From an uncultured Halobacteriales archaeon (GTDB taxonomy: Archaea > Thermoplasmatota > E2 > JACPAO01): 55,407 nt of DNA. The notes under the pieces were generated by a model. It worked only from the letters and a program-made list of their open reading frames with translations, searched no databases and had not been told where the DNA came from. The stretch's first letter is position 1. Every line of letters begins with the position of its first letter. The position numbers and the translations under genes were made by a program. Positions 44,418 to 54,218 of the stretch are shown here, one piece after another. The stretch covers positions 1-55,407 of the forward strand of contig CAYOZB010000003.1 of the NCBI GenBank assembly GCA_964408365.1, given 5' to 3'.

Positions 44418-45707
44418 GTGCGGAGTCGCGTTTGCCTGTTGAGCACGGTGCTGCTCCTCCTTGTCCCGGCCGCCTCGGCTCATCCCGACTTCTTCGAAAC
44501 GCCGATCCTGGAGGATCCTGCCGATTACGGGGCGCAGCCGGGACTCGACGTCGTGACGCTCGGCCATTGGACGACCTACTACTACGACGCGCAGAACAAA
44601 GTCCACCGAGGATTCTACCTCAACGTCTGCGTGGGCTTCGTCGATCTGACAACGGCCGAAGGTGTCCGCGTGCACCTGTTCGCGACGATCAATGGCACGA
44701 TGCGTGAGTTTTGGGCCGACGTCGGATTCGTGGGCGCAAAAGTAGTCATCGTCGACCGCAACACCAACGCGACCGCGAACCAGACCAGCGTGACCTTCAA
44801 TCTACCCTTCCACGAAAACGATGTGGCAGAGGGCGTCCACGTCTCGGATCTCTTCGTCGCAACCTCGACAAACCATAAGGAAGCATTCGCGACGCAAGGT
44901 CCGTTCAACCGTATCTTCCATGACCTCATGCCATTCGACAACGAAGACAAACCCACACTGTACCTCGTGACCCCTGAGGTCCGCGGATCCATTGTCGTCG
45001 AAAAGCCATGGCCGTTCTTCCGGCTCGATCCATCGACGCCGCTGGCAGTGTACATGGTGCCCCGAGACGAGGCGCGGTTCCGCATCTTGTTTACTCCTGC
45101 CGAGGGCCTCAAGGACGACGTCGTCCGGTTTTTTCCCGCATTGACGGCCGGTTGGAACCTGTCGTCGAATTACCAGTTCCTTGGACCGTTCGGCGACCAG
45201 CCCATGGAAGTCTCCTTCTCCCTGGGTCGCGACAATGCCACGGTCGGCGAAACCGGCACCGCATTGATCCGGGCCATCTCCAACCGCGGCGGGTACCAAA
45301 CCATCGAGCTCAACGCGAAGGTGATTTCCCCACAATTATGGGCGCCCGAGAGGTTCTTGTTCGTCCCCGCCGCTCCAACCGTTGGTCGGGAAGAAGCGTT
45401 ACGCGTCCATGTGCTAGGCGCCGACGGAACGCCAGCCTCGCATTCGGCCGTCGTCTGGGAACTGCGCCATGACGGCGCACTGGTCGCGAGCAATCAAACG
45501 ATCACCGATGCCGATGGAGTCGCGACCTTGGTACACCTCTTCGACCGGCCCGGTCGCTGGACTCTTGCCGTCTCCCTACCGAATGAGTCTCCAGCGCCCT
45601 TGGCAGAGTTTGGCTTCGAGGTCGTTTCGCCGAGCGTGCCATTGACTGGCGGTTGGGCCGTCGCGGCGATCGTGGCCGCTCTCGTGTTGGGTCGCCGACG
45701 TCACTGA
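44418..45707 (+). CDS. Secreted surface protein with Ig-like C-terminal domain and TM anchor
   Basis: Signal peptide ending ASA, TDADGVA Ig-like motif, and C-terminal TM-RRRH. Confidence 0.7.
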   Translation: MRSRVCLLSTVLLLLVPAASAHPDFFETPILEDPADYGAQPGLDVVTLGHWTTYYYDAQNKVHRGFYLNVCVGFVDLTTAEGVRVHLFATINGTMREFWADVGFVGAKVVIVDRNTNATANQTSVTFNLPFHENDVAEGVHVSDLFVATSTNHKEAFATQGPFNRIFHDLMPFDNEDKPTLYLVTPEVRGSIVVEKPWPFFRLDPSTPLAVYMVPRDEARFRILFTPAEGLKDDVVRFFPALTAGWNLSSNYQFLGPFGDQPMEVSFSLGRDNATVGETGTALIRAISNRGGYQTIELNAKVISPQLWAPERFLFVPAAPTVGREEALRVHVLGADGTPASHSAVVWELRHDGALVASNQTITDADGVATLVHLFDRPGRWTLAVSLPNESPAPLAEFGFEVVSPSVPLTGGWAVAAIVAALVLGRRRH

Positions 45708-45718
45708 CCCGACGGGCC

Positions 45719-46813
45719 TTAGCGCAGCAAGAACAGCAAGGCCAGGTCGACGATGAAGAGCAGCACGATCATGACCTCGAGGACCAAGTTGCGTCGGCTG
45801 TCGCCTTCCTCCGTCGCCAACTGATACAAACCGTTGAGGACACGGAGCTTCTCGTCGACCGTCTCCCGCCATGCGGCGAGGTGGAACTTTTCCTGGGCCG
45901 CCGCGTAGACGCGCGCCAGGAACCAGTCTCCGAGGAACTTGGTGATGTTGTCGACTTCGTCGGCGAACTCGGCGATCTCCATCCGGACGAGTCCGAGTTC
46001 GTGGGCGGTCTTTCGCGCGCTTCGGTAGAAAAACGGTCGCCGGTACAGTTCCGCGAGCTCGTCGTACGCCTTGGCGAGCCCATCGTCGAGGTAATCGTCA
46101 TACGCTCGGAACTCGAGAAGCTGAAGGTTCGCGATCTCGAACACGAAGAGGATGTCCTCGTAGGCGGGGGTGGGGTCGAGGATGAAGGCGGCGTCCCAGT
46201 CGATGACGACGAGATCGTCGGTGTAGTAGCTGAACCATTTTCGGAGCGATTCGCGGACCTCCTTTTCGTGCAGGCGGGTCCCGTCTTCTCCGGAGAGTAA
46301 ACCGGCGATCTCGCGGTCGTGGCGATCAAGGAACCCGACGGGCGATTCATCGACGTCGGACAATGCGAACACGGTGTACGCCTCATCGAGCACATTCTCC
46401 GTGTATCGTCCGCGGACCGCAGGCTCCCAAGCGGCTTTTTCCCGGTCGAAGATCGCGCGCCCTGCCTCCCGCAACGGCATGCGCACGCCGTCGATCACCA
46501 CGAAGGAATCATCGAAGCCTTGCAAGAACGCGAGGGATGGCACGTCAACGGGGATGCGCAACCGGACGCTCACGACCCCAAGTTGGTAAAAGTGGAGCCG
46601 GACCTCCGCTTGGGCGGAGCCCCATTTCCCGTCCACCTGGATGGCGGGACTCCCGAACAGGATCGGCCGCGGGAATTCCACATACGCCGGCGTCCCCTTG
46701 CCGACCTCGGGCGCTTTCAGCGTGCCCCGGGTCGCGGCCGTCCGGCTCAGCGCGGTCATGTCGAACGTGCCGCCCACGTCGAAGAACCGGTAGCTCACGA
46801 CTTCGCCGCGCAA
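45719..46813 (-). CDS. Conserved hypothetical protein, RMD1/DUF155-like, with C-terminal TM
   Basis: SYYTDDLVVIDWDAAF, EIANLQLLEFRAYD, GDWFLARVY and LEVMIVLLF motifs. Confidence 0.7.
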   Translation of the reverse strand: MRGEVVSYRFFDVGGTFDMTALSRTAATRGTLKAPEVGKGTPAYVEFPRPILFGSPAIQVDGKWGSAQAEVRLHFYQLGVVSVRLRIPVDVPSLAFLQGFDDSFVVIDGVRMPLREAGRAIFDREKAAWEPAVRGRYTENVLDEAYTVFALSDVDESPVGFLDRHDREIAGLLSGEDGTRLHEKEVRESLRKWFSYYTDDLVVIDWDAAFILDPTPAYEDILFVFEIANLQLLEFRAYDDYLDDGLAKAYDELAELYRRPFFYRSARKTAHELGLVRMEIAEFADEVDNITKFLGDWFLARVYAAAQEKFHLAAWRETVDEKLRVLNGLYQLATEEGDSRRNLVLEVMIVLLFIVDLALLFLLR

Positions 46814-46882
46814 GTCCTTAGGATTCCCTGTTGGCCGTGATAATGCCTTCGAAGCATCCCAATAAACCGGTAACCGCGCCCC

Positions 46883-48088
46883 TTGTCGATAACAAGTTTT
46901 TTATGCCGACCCAGGTCCTCGACGCCTTCCTTGCCCCTCACGACCCTCGGCACGAACTTCTGGAACGGACGCCTCAGCAAGGGCTGCGAGTTGTGCCGCG
47001 AGGGCAAGAAAATGGTCGTCTACGTCAGCGGGCTCTGCGACTCCCACTGCTTCTACTGCCCCGTCGGGCGCGACCGGATGTACACCGACGTCACCTTCGC
47101 GAACGAGCGGAAGATCCAACCCGACGACGTCGCGTCGCTCATCGCCGAGGCCAAGAGCATGGACGCCAAGGGGGTCGGCATCACGGGCGGCGACCCCCTC
47201 AAGGTCCCTGACCGCGTTGCGGAATATTGCCGGGCCTTGAAGGCCGAGTTCGGACCCAAATTCCACATTCACCTCTACACCCAAGCCGTCACGGATCCAG
47301 CGAACTACCAGAAACTCGCGCAGGCCGGTTTGGATGAGATCCGGCTCCACCCGCCCGTCGGCTGGTGGGACAAGATGGAGAAAAGCCCCTACGACGCCCT
47401 CTTCAAGGCCGCCTTGAAGACCGGCATGATCGTGGGCTGCGAAGTCCCGGCCATCCCCGACAAGGAAGACGCGCTCCTCGCGCTGGCCACGTACCTCAAC
47501 GGCATCGGCGTCCCGTTCGTCAACCTCAACGAGTTGGAATTCAGTGAAGCCAACATCGACCAACTCTCCGCGCGCGGTCACCAACTCATGAACGACCAAA
47601 GCAACGTTGTGCTCGGCAGCCGCGACACGGCTTGGAAAGTGGTCGGCGCGGCGATGAAAGCCAAACTCAAGACCACGGTCCACTTCTGCGCGTCCACCTA
47701 CAAGGACTCGGTCCAACTCCGCAAACGTCTCATCCGACAAGCCGAGACGAAGGAACGCGACCTCGACGTCACCACCAAGGACGGGACGTTGCTCTTCGGC
47801 ATCATCGATGCACCCGCTGTCGAACTCGAAGCGCTGTTCGAACGGCTCGTCGCACACGAAAGAGTCCCGCTCAACCTTTTGCAGATCAACCGCGCCAAAG
47901 CCCGAATCGAGATCGCGCCCTGGCTCCTTGAAGAGATCCACGGGCGCCTGCCCGCTGGATCCTCCTTTGTGGTCGAAATCTACCCGACCTCCAGCGCACT
48001 CGAGGTCGAGCGAACCCCCTTGCCGTTCCCGGACGGGGCCTGGGACGACGAAGAAACGGAAACGCCGATCGTCAAACGCGTGCGCTAA
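46883..48088 (+). CDS. Archaeal radical SAM protein (COG2108-like)
   Basis: GCELC, CDSHCFYC (CxxxCxxC), ITGGDP, HIHLYT, GLDEIRLH and NLNELE motifs. Confidence 0.92.
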   Translation: MSITSFLCRPRSSTPSLPLTTLGTNFWNGRLSKGCELCREGKKMVVYVSGLCDSHCFYCPVGRDRMYTDVTFANERKIQPDDVASLIAEAKSMDAKGVGITGGDPLKVPDRVAEYCRALKAEFGPKFHIHLYTQAVTDPANYQKLAQAGLDEIRLHPPVGWWDKMEKSPYDALFKAALKTGMIVGCEVPAIPDKEDALLALATYLNGIGVPFVNLNELEFSEANIDQLSARGHQLMNDQSNVVLGSRDTAWKVVGAAMKAKLKTTVHFCASTYKDSVQLRKRLIRQAETKERDLDVTTKDGTLLFGIIDAPAVELEALFERLVAHERVPLNLLQINRAKARIEIAPWLLEEIHGRLPAGSSFVVEIYPTSSALEVERTPLPFPDGAWDDEETETPIVKRVR

Positions 48089-48126
48089 CGAGGCGTTATA
48101 TCGTCTAGCGTAATCGAGACGAACGA

Positions 48127-49641
48127 ATGGCAAGGCGGTGGGTGGCCTACGCGGCATTGTTGTTCAGCGCAGTCCTCGCGGCGAGCCCGCTCGTCCTCGC
48201 CCAAGCCCTTCCCCCGGACGTTTCGTTCACCTGGGACCCCGAGCAGCCGTTCGTGGGCGAAGACGTCCAGTTCCACGACACGACCGAACCCGGCGAAACG
48301 ACGATCAATGAGTGGCGCTGGGAATTCGGCGACGGCACCACCAGCAATGAACAGAATCCTCGGCACGCCTTCCCTCACGTAGGACTTTTTGCGGTCACCC
48401 TGACGGTCCTCGACGCGAACGGCGTCGCCCACAGAGACTCCGCCACGCTCAACATCGCAAAGGCCCCGAGCTTCTCCCTGAATCTTCCCGCCTGGCTCCA
48501 CTGGCTCATGCCGGCGCTCTCGAGCACCGTCCTGCTCACGCTCGGCGTGTTCGTGCTCGCGCGCGGCCAACCAACGATCTACAACCGCGTCTTCTTCCTC
48601 CTCTGCCTCGCGAGCTCCGTCAAAGGATACACCGAAGGGTTCCTCCTGTTCCTTGGCGAGGTCGGTGCGGCACAGTCCACGTTCGCCGACTTCCTCGCAA
48701 TCATGAATCTGTTCACGGCGTTCTTCTACGCGCCCATCTTCGTGTGGTTCGTCCTGGTCTTTCCCCGACCCGTCCGGCCGTGGCTCAAGAACGGGTCGCG
48801 CGGCGCTTGGGTGCTCCTGCTGGCCCTTCCCTTCTTCGTGCTCCTCGGCGTCCCCGCCCTCGCCGGGACGTTCAACGCGATCTTCAACGTGTACGTCTCC
48901 ATCCTGACGCTCGGCGCGTTGGGCGTCCTGGTCTACCACGCTTGGGAGACCGACAGCGACGAGGAGCGCCACCGGCTCCGGTTGTTGGCCGCCACGTTCT
49001 TCATCATCGTCTTCGAGACGATCCTCATCGCCATCATGGACGTCGCCGGCACAAGGGCCGCGCAACTTGGCCACGCAACCATCGCGCAGACCTACGACGA
49101 CCTAGGGAACGTGTTCGGCACCATCGTCGCCCCGATGCTCGAGATCATCGGTCTCTTCCTCGTGATGTACGGCATCCTGCGCTACCAACTCCTGGGTGTG
49201 GAGCGCGTCGTCAAACGCGTGACGCGGGGCGCGATGTTCGGCATCACCATTTTCGTCACCTTCGTCACGGTCGGCAACACGGCGGAATACTTCATCGAAG
49301 CACGGCTCCCCGGGGACGTTCCCGCCGGGTTCTTGATCGCGGGCTTCGTCGCCGCGCTCGTCATGATCCCGATCCAAAAAGGAACGGAGAAGCTTGCGAA
49401 CCGCTGGTTCCCCGATGCCGGCTCCAAGGCCCCGGATTACCTTGCGCAGCGACGCATGGAGATCTACGAATCCCAGTTGCGGTACGCGTTGTTGGATGGC
49501 CACCTCAAGGCCAAGGAGCTCTCCATGTTGCGCGCGTTATCGGAATCGATCGGGATCCTGCCGCAAGAACTGCAGTTGGTGGCGAAGAAGTTCCCGAACC
49601 TGGATCCGACGCGGCTTGCGCCAGGTCCGATGCCGGCCTAG
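48127..49641 (+). CDS. PKD-domain multi-TM membrane protein
   Basis: WRWEFGDGTTSNEQNPRHAF PKD motif, about 9 TM helices ending YGILRYQLL, and a short cytoplasmic tail with no kinase motifs. Confidence 0.8.
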   Translation: MARRWVAYAALLFSAVLAASPLVLAQALPPDVSFTWDPEQPFVGEDVQFHDTTEPGETTINEWRWEFGDGTTSNEQNPRHAFPHVGLFAVTLTVLDANGVAHRDSATLNIAKAPSFSLNLPAWLHWLMPALSSTVLLTLGVFVLARGQPTIYNRVFFLLCLASSVKGYTEGFLLFLGEVGAAQSTFADFLAIMNLFTAFFYAPIFVWFVLVFPRPVRPWLKNGSRGAWVLLLALPFFVLLGVPALAGTFNAIFNVYVSILTLGALGVLVYHAWETDSDEERHRLRLLAATFFIIVFETILIAIMDVAGTRAAQLGHATIAQTYDDLGNVFGTIVAPMLEIIGLFLVMYGILRYQLLGVERVVKRVTRGAMFGITIFVTFVTVGNTAEYFIEARLPGDVPAGFLIAGFVAALVMIPIQKGTEKLANRWFPDAGSKAPDYLAQRRMEIYESQLRYALLDGHLKAKELSMLRALSESIGILPQELQLVAKKFPNLDPTRLAPGPMPA

Positions 49642-49829
49642 GTCGCCCGAAAAGCGTCCAAAATGGAAGCCAGTCCCAACAACTACGAACTTCGCGTTCC
49701 GACCCGCCGGAGCCAAACTCGTCGGCGAAGCGGCCGGACCCCCCCGCAGCACACTTCGCAAAACGTGTCAATCCAATATTCGGAAGCCAAGCCATTGTCT
49801 ATATTCGTGGGCATCGTTCGGACTGTCGA

Positions 49830-50492
49830 ATGGCCCCCACCATCGCGAGGTCGCAGAGGAGAATGGGCCTCGTTTTGTTCATTTGTCTTCTGGTAGGGAT
49901 TCCAGCGTCGGCGTCAGCCCAGTCTGACGAGTCCACAATCATTCATCTCTCGCCGATCGTCGCGCCGACCGAGCGGGAAACCTTTCGTGATCCAGAAGGG
50001 GACACAGACGCCGCGATGATCGATATGAGCCGAATCTGGATTGATAGAGGTGGTTCTGGCACCGTCGTCGTTTTACAACTCAGGCAGGTTTCCCGCCCCT
50101 TGCCCGAGGACCTAGATTGGAGGCTCGGATTTACGTTCGAGTTGGATACACTGTTCCGAGACCCGTATTACGCTCGTCTCGAGGCCGGCGTGAGCGAAGT
50201 CCGGGACGGAACCCACCGAGGTTCCGCACGGTTTGTCAAGGACGGTGCGGTCATGCCCGCAACCTTCGAGATGTCCGACGGCGCGCCCGGCTATGTGCGG
50301 TTCACCTTCGAGAATCGTTTGGAGCCCTGGGTCGATTCCGGCTCCCGGCGTTTTTCCGGTCGTATTTCTCTCAGTGGTGGAGGTTCCGTTTCTGAAGATC
50401 AGTTTTCAAGCGGCGGAGGGATTCCGGGGATTGGGGCGCCGCTTACCATAATGGTGCTCATCGGCTCCGTTGTATGGCGGCCACGCCTTTAA
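49830..50492 (+). CDS. Small surface protein with PGF-CTERM-like anchor
   Basis: Signal peptide (ASASA), DPEGD motif, and C-terminal GIPGIG-TM-RPRL. Confidence 0.6.
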   Translation: MAPTIARSQRRMGLVLFICLLVGIPASASAQSDESTIIHLSPIVAPTERETFRDPEGDTDAAMIDMSRIWIDRGGSGTVVVLQLRQVSRPLPEDLDWRLGFTFELDTLFRDPYYARLEAGVSEVRDGTHRGSARFVKDGAVMPATFEMSDGAPGYVRFTFENRLEPWVDSGSRRFSGRISLSGGGSVSEDQFSSGGGIPGIGAPLTIMVLIGSVVWRPRL

Positions 50493-50507
50493 CGAGGGTT
50501 TCCTACG

Positions 50508-51266
50508 CTAGAGGCGGCGTTGCGCGCCAACCACGAGGAGTAGACCCACAATTAGGGTTACGAAGCCTGCGCTAGATGAGGCCGCCGCGTCTGCCGAATC
50601 CGCCCCGGATTCAAGGCGGCGGCTGCCGAAGGATTCCTGATTCGAGAACATGTATGTTGGCTGAGTCGGGTCTTCCGACGCCGCGAAGTCGGCCATCCAA
50701 AGCGTGGACGGCAATTGAAGTTCAGCAATAACTTGAATGAACAATACGTCGCCGGCGTCGGTCCCCGGCAACAACGACTTTGGTATAATCAATCGAATGG
50801 AATTTGATGCGTCGTCCACACTACCTTGCAACGACGCTCTTCCCTCTTGTGATTGGTTCCAGTTCGCAGGGATGAAGGTGAACTCCCAGTGTTCGCTCCG
50901 AAACTCTGCGCGCGCGTGCGCATAATCGTTCGGATCGTTTGGGACGCGAAACGCACTAGGCGAGATGGCCACCGAGTAGACGGCGCTGGATTCAGGGATT
51001 CGTCCAACGGTAGCAATTTCTTGAAGGCTCACCACGCCCACTGTCAACGCGAGCGACGTGGAGGTTTCATCGCTTAACCAAACCGCCACGAGGTCGGTAG
51101 CGCTCGGGTCGTAAGGAGAGTCCACCCATGTTGCGCTGACGTCTCCGGACGGGTCGACAATCTCGGGGTTCGATGCCGTTCCAGCAAGTACGCCGGGAAG
51201 CAAAGGGATAATCAGACCGCTGAGGGCGACGCACCACGTGGCGACGGCTTTCAAGCCAATCGACAT
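50508..51266 (-). CDS. Small surface protein with C-terminal TM anchor
   Basis: Signal-like N-terminus, GTASNPEIVDPSGD motif, and C-terminal AGF-TM-RRL. Confidence 0.65.
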   Translation of the reverse strand: MSIGLKAVATWCVALSGLIIPLLPGVLAGTASNPEIVDPSGDVSATWVDSPYDPSATDLVAVWLSDETSTSLALTVGVVSLQEIATVGRIPESSAVYSVAISPSAFRVPNDPNDYAHARAEFRSEHWEFTFIPANWNQSQEGRASLQGSVDDASNSIRLIIPKSLLPGTDAGDVLFIQVIAELQLPSTLWMADFAASEDPTQPTYMFSNQESFGSRRLESGADSADAAASSSAGFVTLIVGLLLVVGAQRRL

Positions 51267-51349
51267 ACGTTGCGCCGTATAACTGGGTTCGTGGCGCCGT
51301 TTCCACGGCCAACGCCTATGACGTTTAGAGGTTTGCACCGCGCGGGAAG

Positions 51350-54217
51350 GTGTCAAGCGTGGTGGTCGCCAAGGGCTCTTATGCGGTTTACGAAGTGCTG
51401 TTCGTTTCGTTGATTCTCGGTGCGGTCAGCGTTCCAACCGGCCTTGCAGGGACATTGACGGGGCTGAACCAGAGCGTTCCAGCAGCCACGCCGTTGGGTC
51501 TTGAGTCTGATTTCGCAAGCCGGGTTGTCGAGGCGATAACGGAAGTTGAAGGCGGGGCGCGGGTGGGTTTGAATGCCTGGTCCCCAACGTTGCCGCCGTC
51601 GTCTGAGGGCCTGCAGGGTCTATTCGCCTTAGACGAAGCGTTCATTGGTGAACAGCGGCAGGTAACGGGGGACCTCATCATCCTGGCCCGTGAGTCAATA
51701 ACAATCGGTGCACCACTTACCGCGGTCCAGCGGTCAGGTCCGAACGGAGGAGTGTCGATTGCTCTGATTAGCATGGGATCATTGGAAGTTTCCGCCGACA
51801 TATCCGCTGGCGACGGAGGTACGTATGGCATTACGCGAGAGAATGACGCGGGGCGCCCCGGCGTTCCTGGGGGGCATCTCATTTTGATTGCCCGCGAGAA
51901 GACGATTCTCACAATTGTAAGTGCCAACGCTACGATCACGGGCGGCCGTGGTGGAGACGGCCAAGGAGTGGCGCGGCTAGGTTCCTTTGATCGCGCGGAT
52001 GCCCGAAGCTTCGGGGGCGTCGGCGGTCAGGGCGGCAACGTCGTGCTAGGCCTCGCAGCGACCGCCCTTGGGCACCTTAGCAAGCCGGGCGACGGCGGTG
52101 CGGGCGGGACCGCGTTTGCCGCAGGTCACGAGGCAACGGTTGCAGGCACGGACGGCGGAAACGCCACTGCCGCTGGAGGGCCGGGTGGGAATGGCGGCCA
52201 AGCATTACTTTTCTCGAGTCTTCCGCCACTATTCGCGGCGCTCGGGTCCTCAATGGCTCAGAGTGCCGAATGTGATGCCGATCCGGTCGACCATACCGGT
52301 TCACCCGGCACGGGCGACGGCGGCCACGGCGAACCGGGGGATGCGGTGCCAGATCCTGGAGGGAATTCGTGCCAAGGGGGGAATGCCGGGTCTGATGCGA
52401 AGGCTGCGAGTGGCGCAAGCGGCGGGAATGGGGGCGAAGCGACAGCAACCGGAGGACGAGGAGCGGATGGCAATCTGCGAGGAGGGAACGGCGGTGCTGC
52501 GGCCGCCGTAGGCGGAGCCGGCGGCATCGGGGGGTCCGGCGCGAACGGGACGGCCGGCACCAACACCGCGGCTACGGGCGGATGCCATGCGTTTAACAGC
52601 GCTAAGGCCGGGACTGGTCAGGAGGGCGGAAATGGAGGAAGCGGCGGATCAGGCGGCGGCGCAGGGGCGCTTGGGGGCGCCGGGGGAGACACCTTGTCGC
52701 CATTCGGATACAACGCGGGCCAGGGTGGGAGCGCGAACGCGGGCGGTGGGCAAGGCGTTTCCGGAGAACGCGGAGGAGATGGTGGACCCGGCGGCAGCGG
52801 CGTTTGTAACGGAGCGGCGGACAACGGTGACGGCGGGGATGGAGGTGCCGGAGGACTCGGAGGCGACGGAGGAAATGGCGGTAGCTGCACTTACATGGAA
52901 GGACCCCCGGGCGCGAGCAAAGTCACCGGCGGACGCGGTTGGACCGGCTTCGCGAGAGGGAATCCTGGCGGCTTTGGGATTGGAAATTCGGGCGGCAAGC
53001 CGGGAATCCCGGGTCCTGGCGAGAAAAGCGGCGAGCTCGGAGGCCGTCCCGACCCACCACGTGGTCAGGACGGCACTCATGGAACATGTGAAATTGGCCC
53101 ACCTGACTTTATGTTGCTCGCGGAGGGGATAACCGATGGTGCGTTGGGTCTCATCGACGTTGCCTGCAGCGAGTTGAATGAATGCTCGACCGACCCTTGC
53201 GACTACGTCCTCGACGGCGAGAACTGTCCGCCATCGACGGAGCTTTGCGACTACAATGACGACCTGCCAGGCCGATGCGGTAATCCCACGCCCTCCACTG
53301 ACCCATGCGATTACTCTGTGTTCCAGGTGGACTCGGACGGCGATCCGGAAACGCCTCCGGAATGCACTTTCCCGCCCTCAACTGAAGCATGCGATTATCC
53401 TATGTTCCAGGAGGACCCGGACGGCGATCCGGAAACGCCACCGGAATGCACCTTCCCGCCTGAAGTGTCTACGGAACCGTGCGACTACTTGGAGCCAGGG
53501 AACCCGGATTGTGAGTTCCCGCCTGAAGTGTCGACGGAACCGTGCGACTACTTGGAGCCGGAGAACCCGGATTGTGAGTTCCCGCCTGAAGTGTCCACGG
53601 AACCGTGCGATTACTTGGAGCCAGGGAACCCGGATTGTGAGTTCCCGCCAGATGTTCCGACGGACCCGTGCGAACTTCCGTTGCTTGAGGGTGAGGATTG
53701 CGAATTCCCACCGGACGTGCCTGTGGGCGAACTGATTGCTGACGCGGAGGATTGCCTCGACTTGACCACGCCCGACGCGCCCCGGGACGAAGCGCAATGC
53801 CCTCTCGATTGCATCACCAACGGACCCTGCGACGACGAATCGCAGGCAGGAGGCCAATCGGAGCCCGAGTCGGCCAACGAAACATCGGCGTTGAATCCGG
53901 GCGATGCGGAAGGCGATTCGGCTCCGTCAGAGAATTCCACGGCTGGAACGTCCGAGGAATCCGAAGCGGCGGAACCGACAACTCAATCCAGCGAAGAGCC
54001 GACCTCGGACGCCACCGCGGCGGATAGTGAATCGGGCGCGTCCAATCCGGATCCGGCCCCGGAATCGACGAGCGAAGCAGGCGAAGACCCTTCTTCCGCC
54101 AGCGCGAATGCGTCGGAAGAAACGCCGCCGACCAGCGAATCTAGCAACAACGCAACCGAATCAGGGTACGACCAATCGACGCAAGGTGCGGCAACCGAGG
54201 CGGAATCTCCGGGCTGA
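51350..54217 (+). CDS. Large secreted Gly-rich (PGRS-like) protein with acidic Cys/Pro repeats and a Ser/Glu-rich tail
   Basis: 955-codon ORF with GGxGGxG runs and STEPCDYLEPGNPDCEFPPEV repeats. The true start may be GTG 51395. Confidence 0.8.
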   Translation: MSSVVVAKGSYAVYEVLFVSLILGAVSVPTGLAGTLTGLNQSVPAATPLGLESDFASRVVEAITEVEGGARVGLNAWSPTLPPSSEGLQGLFALDEAFIGEQRQVTGDLIILARESITIGAPLTAVQRSGPNGGVSIALISMGSLEVSADISAGDGGTYGITRENDAGRPGVPGGHLILIAREKTILTIVSANATITGGRGGDGQGVARLGSFDRADARSFGGVGGQGGNVVLGLAATALGHLSKPGDGGAGGTAFAAGHEATVAGTDGGNATAAGGPGGNGGQALLFSSLPPLFAALGSSMAQSAECDADPVDHTGSPGTGDGGHGEPGDAVPDPGGNSCQGGNAGSDAKAASGASGGNGGEATATGGRGADGNLRGGNGGAAAAVGGAGGIGGSGANGTAGTNTAATGGCHAFNSAKAGTGQEGGNGGSGGSGGGAGALGGAGGDTLSPFGYNAGQGGSANAGGGQGVSGERGGDGGPGGSGVCNGAADNGDGGDGGAGGLGGDGGNGGSCTYMEGPPGASKVTGGRGWTGFARGNPGGFGIGNSGGKPGIPGPGEKSGELGGRPDPPRGQDGTHGTCEIGPPDFMLLAEGITDGALGLIDVACSELNECSTDPCDYVLDGENCPPSTELCDYNDDLPGRCGNPTPSTDPCDYSVFQVDSDGDPETPPECTFPPSTEACDYPMFQEDPDGDPETPPECTFPPEVSTEPCDYLEPGNPDCEFPPEVSTEPCDYLEPENPDCEFPPEVSTEPCDYLEPGNPDCEFPPDVPTDPCELPLLEGEDCEFPPDVPVGELIADAEDCLDLTTPDAPRDEAQCPLDCITNGPCDDESQAGGQSEPESANETSALNPGDAEGDSAPSENSTAGTSEESEAAEPTTQSSEEPTSDATAADSESGASNPDPAPESTSEAGEDPSSASANASEETPPTSESSNNATESGYDQSTQGAATEAESPG
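53294..53719 (+). repeat. Coding tandem repeats: 2 x 84 bp, then 3 x 63 bp plus one degenerate copy
   Basis: 84-bp units start at 53294 and 53378; 63-bp units start at 53468, 53531 and 53594. Confidence 0.9.
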
Positions 54218-54218
54218 T

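Noticed and set aside
53294-53719. Tandem repeats as a CRISPR array
   Set aside because: Units are contiguous, in frame (63 and 84 bp), vary mostly at synonymous sites, have no unique spacers, and no cas genes are nearby.
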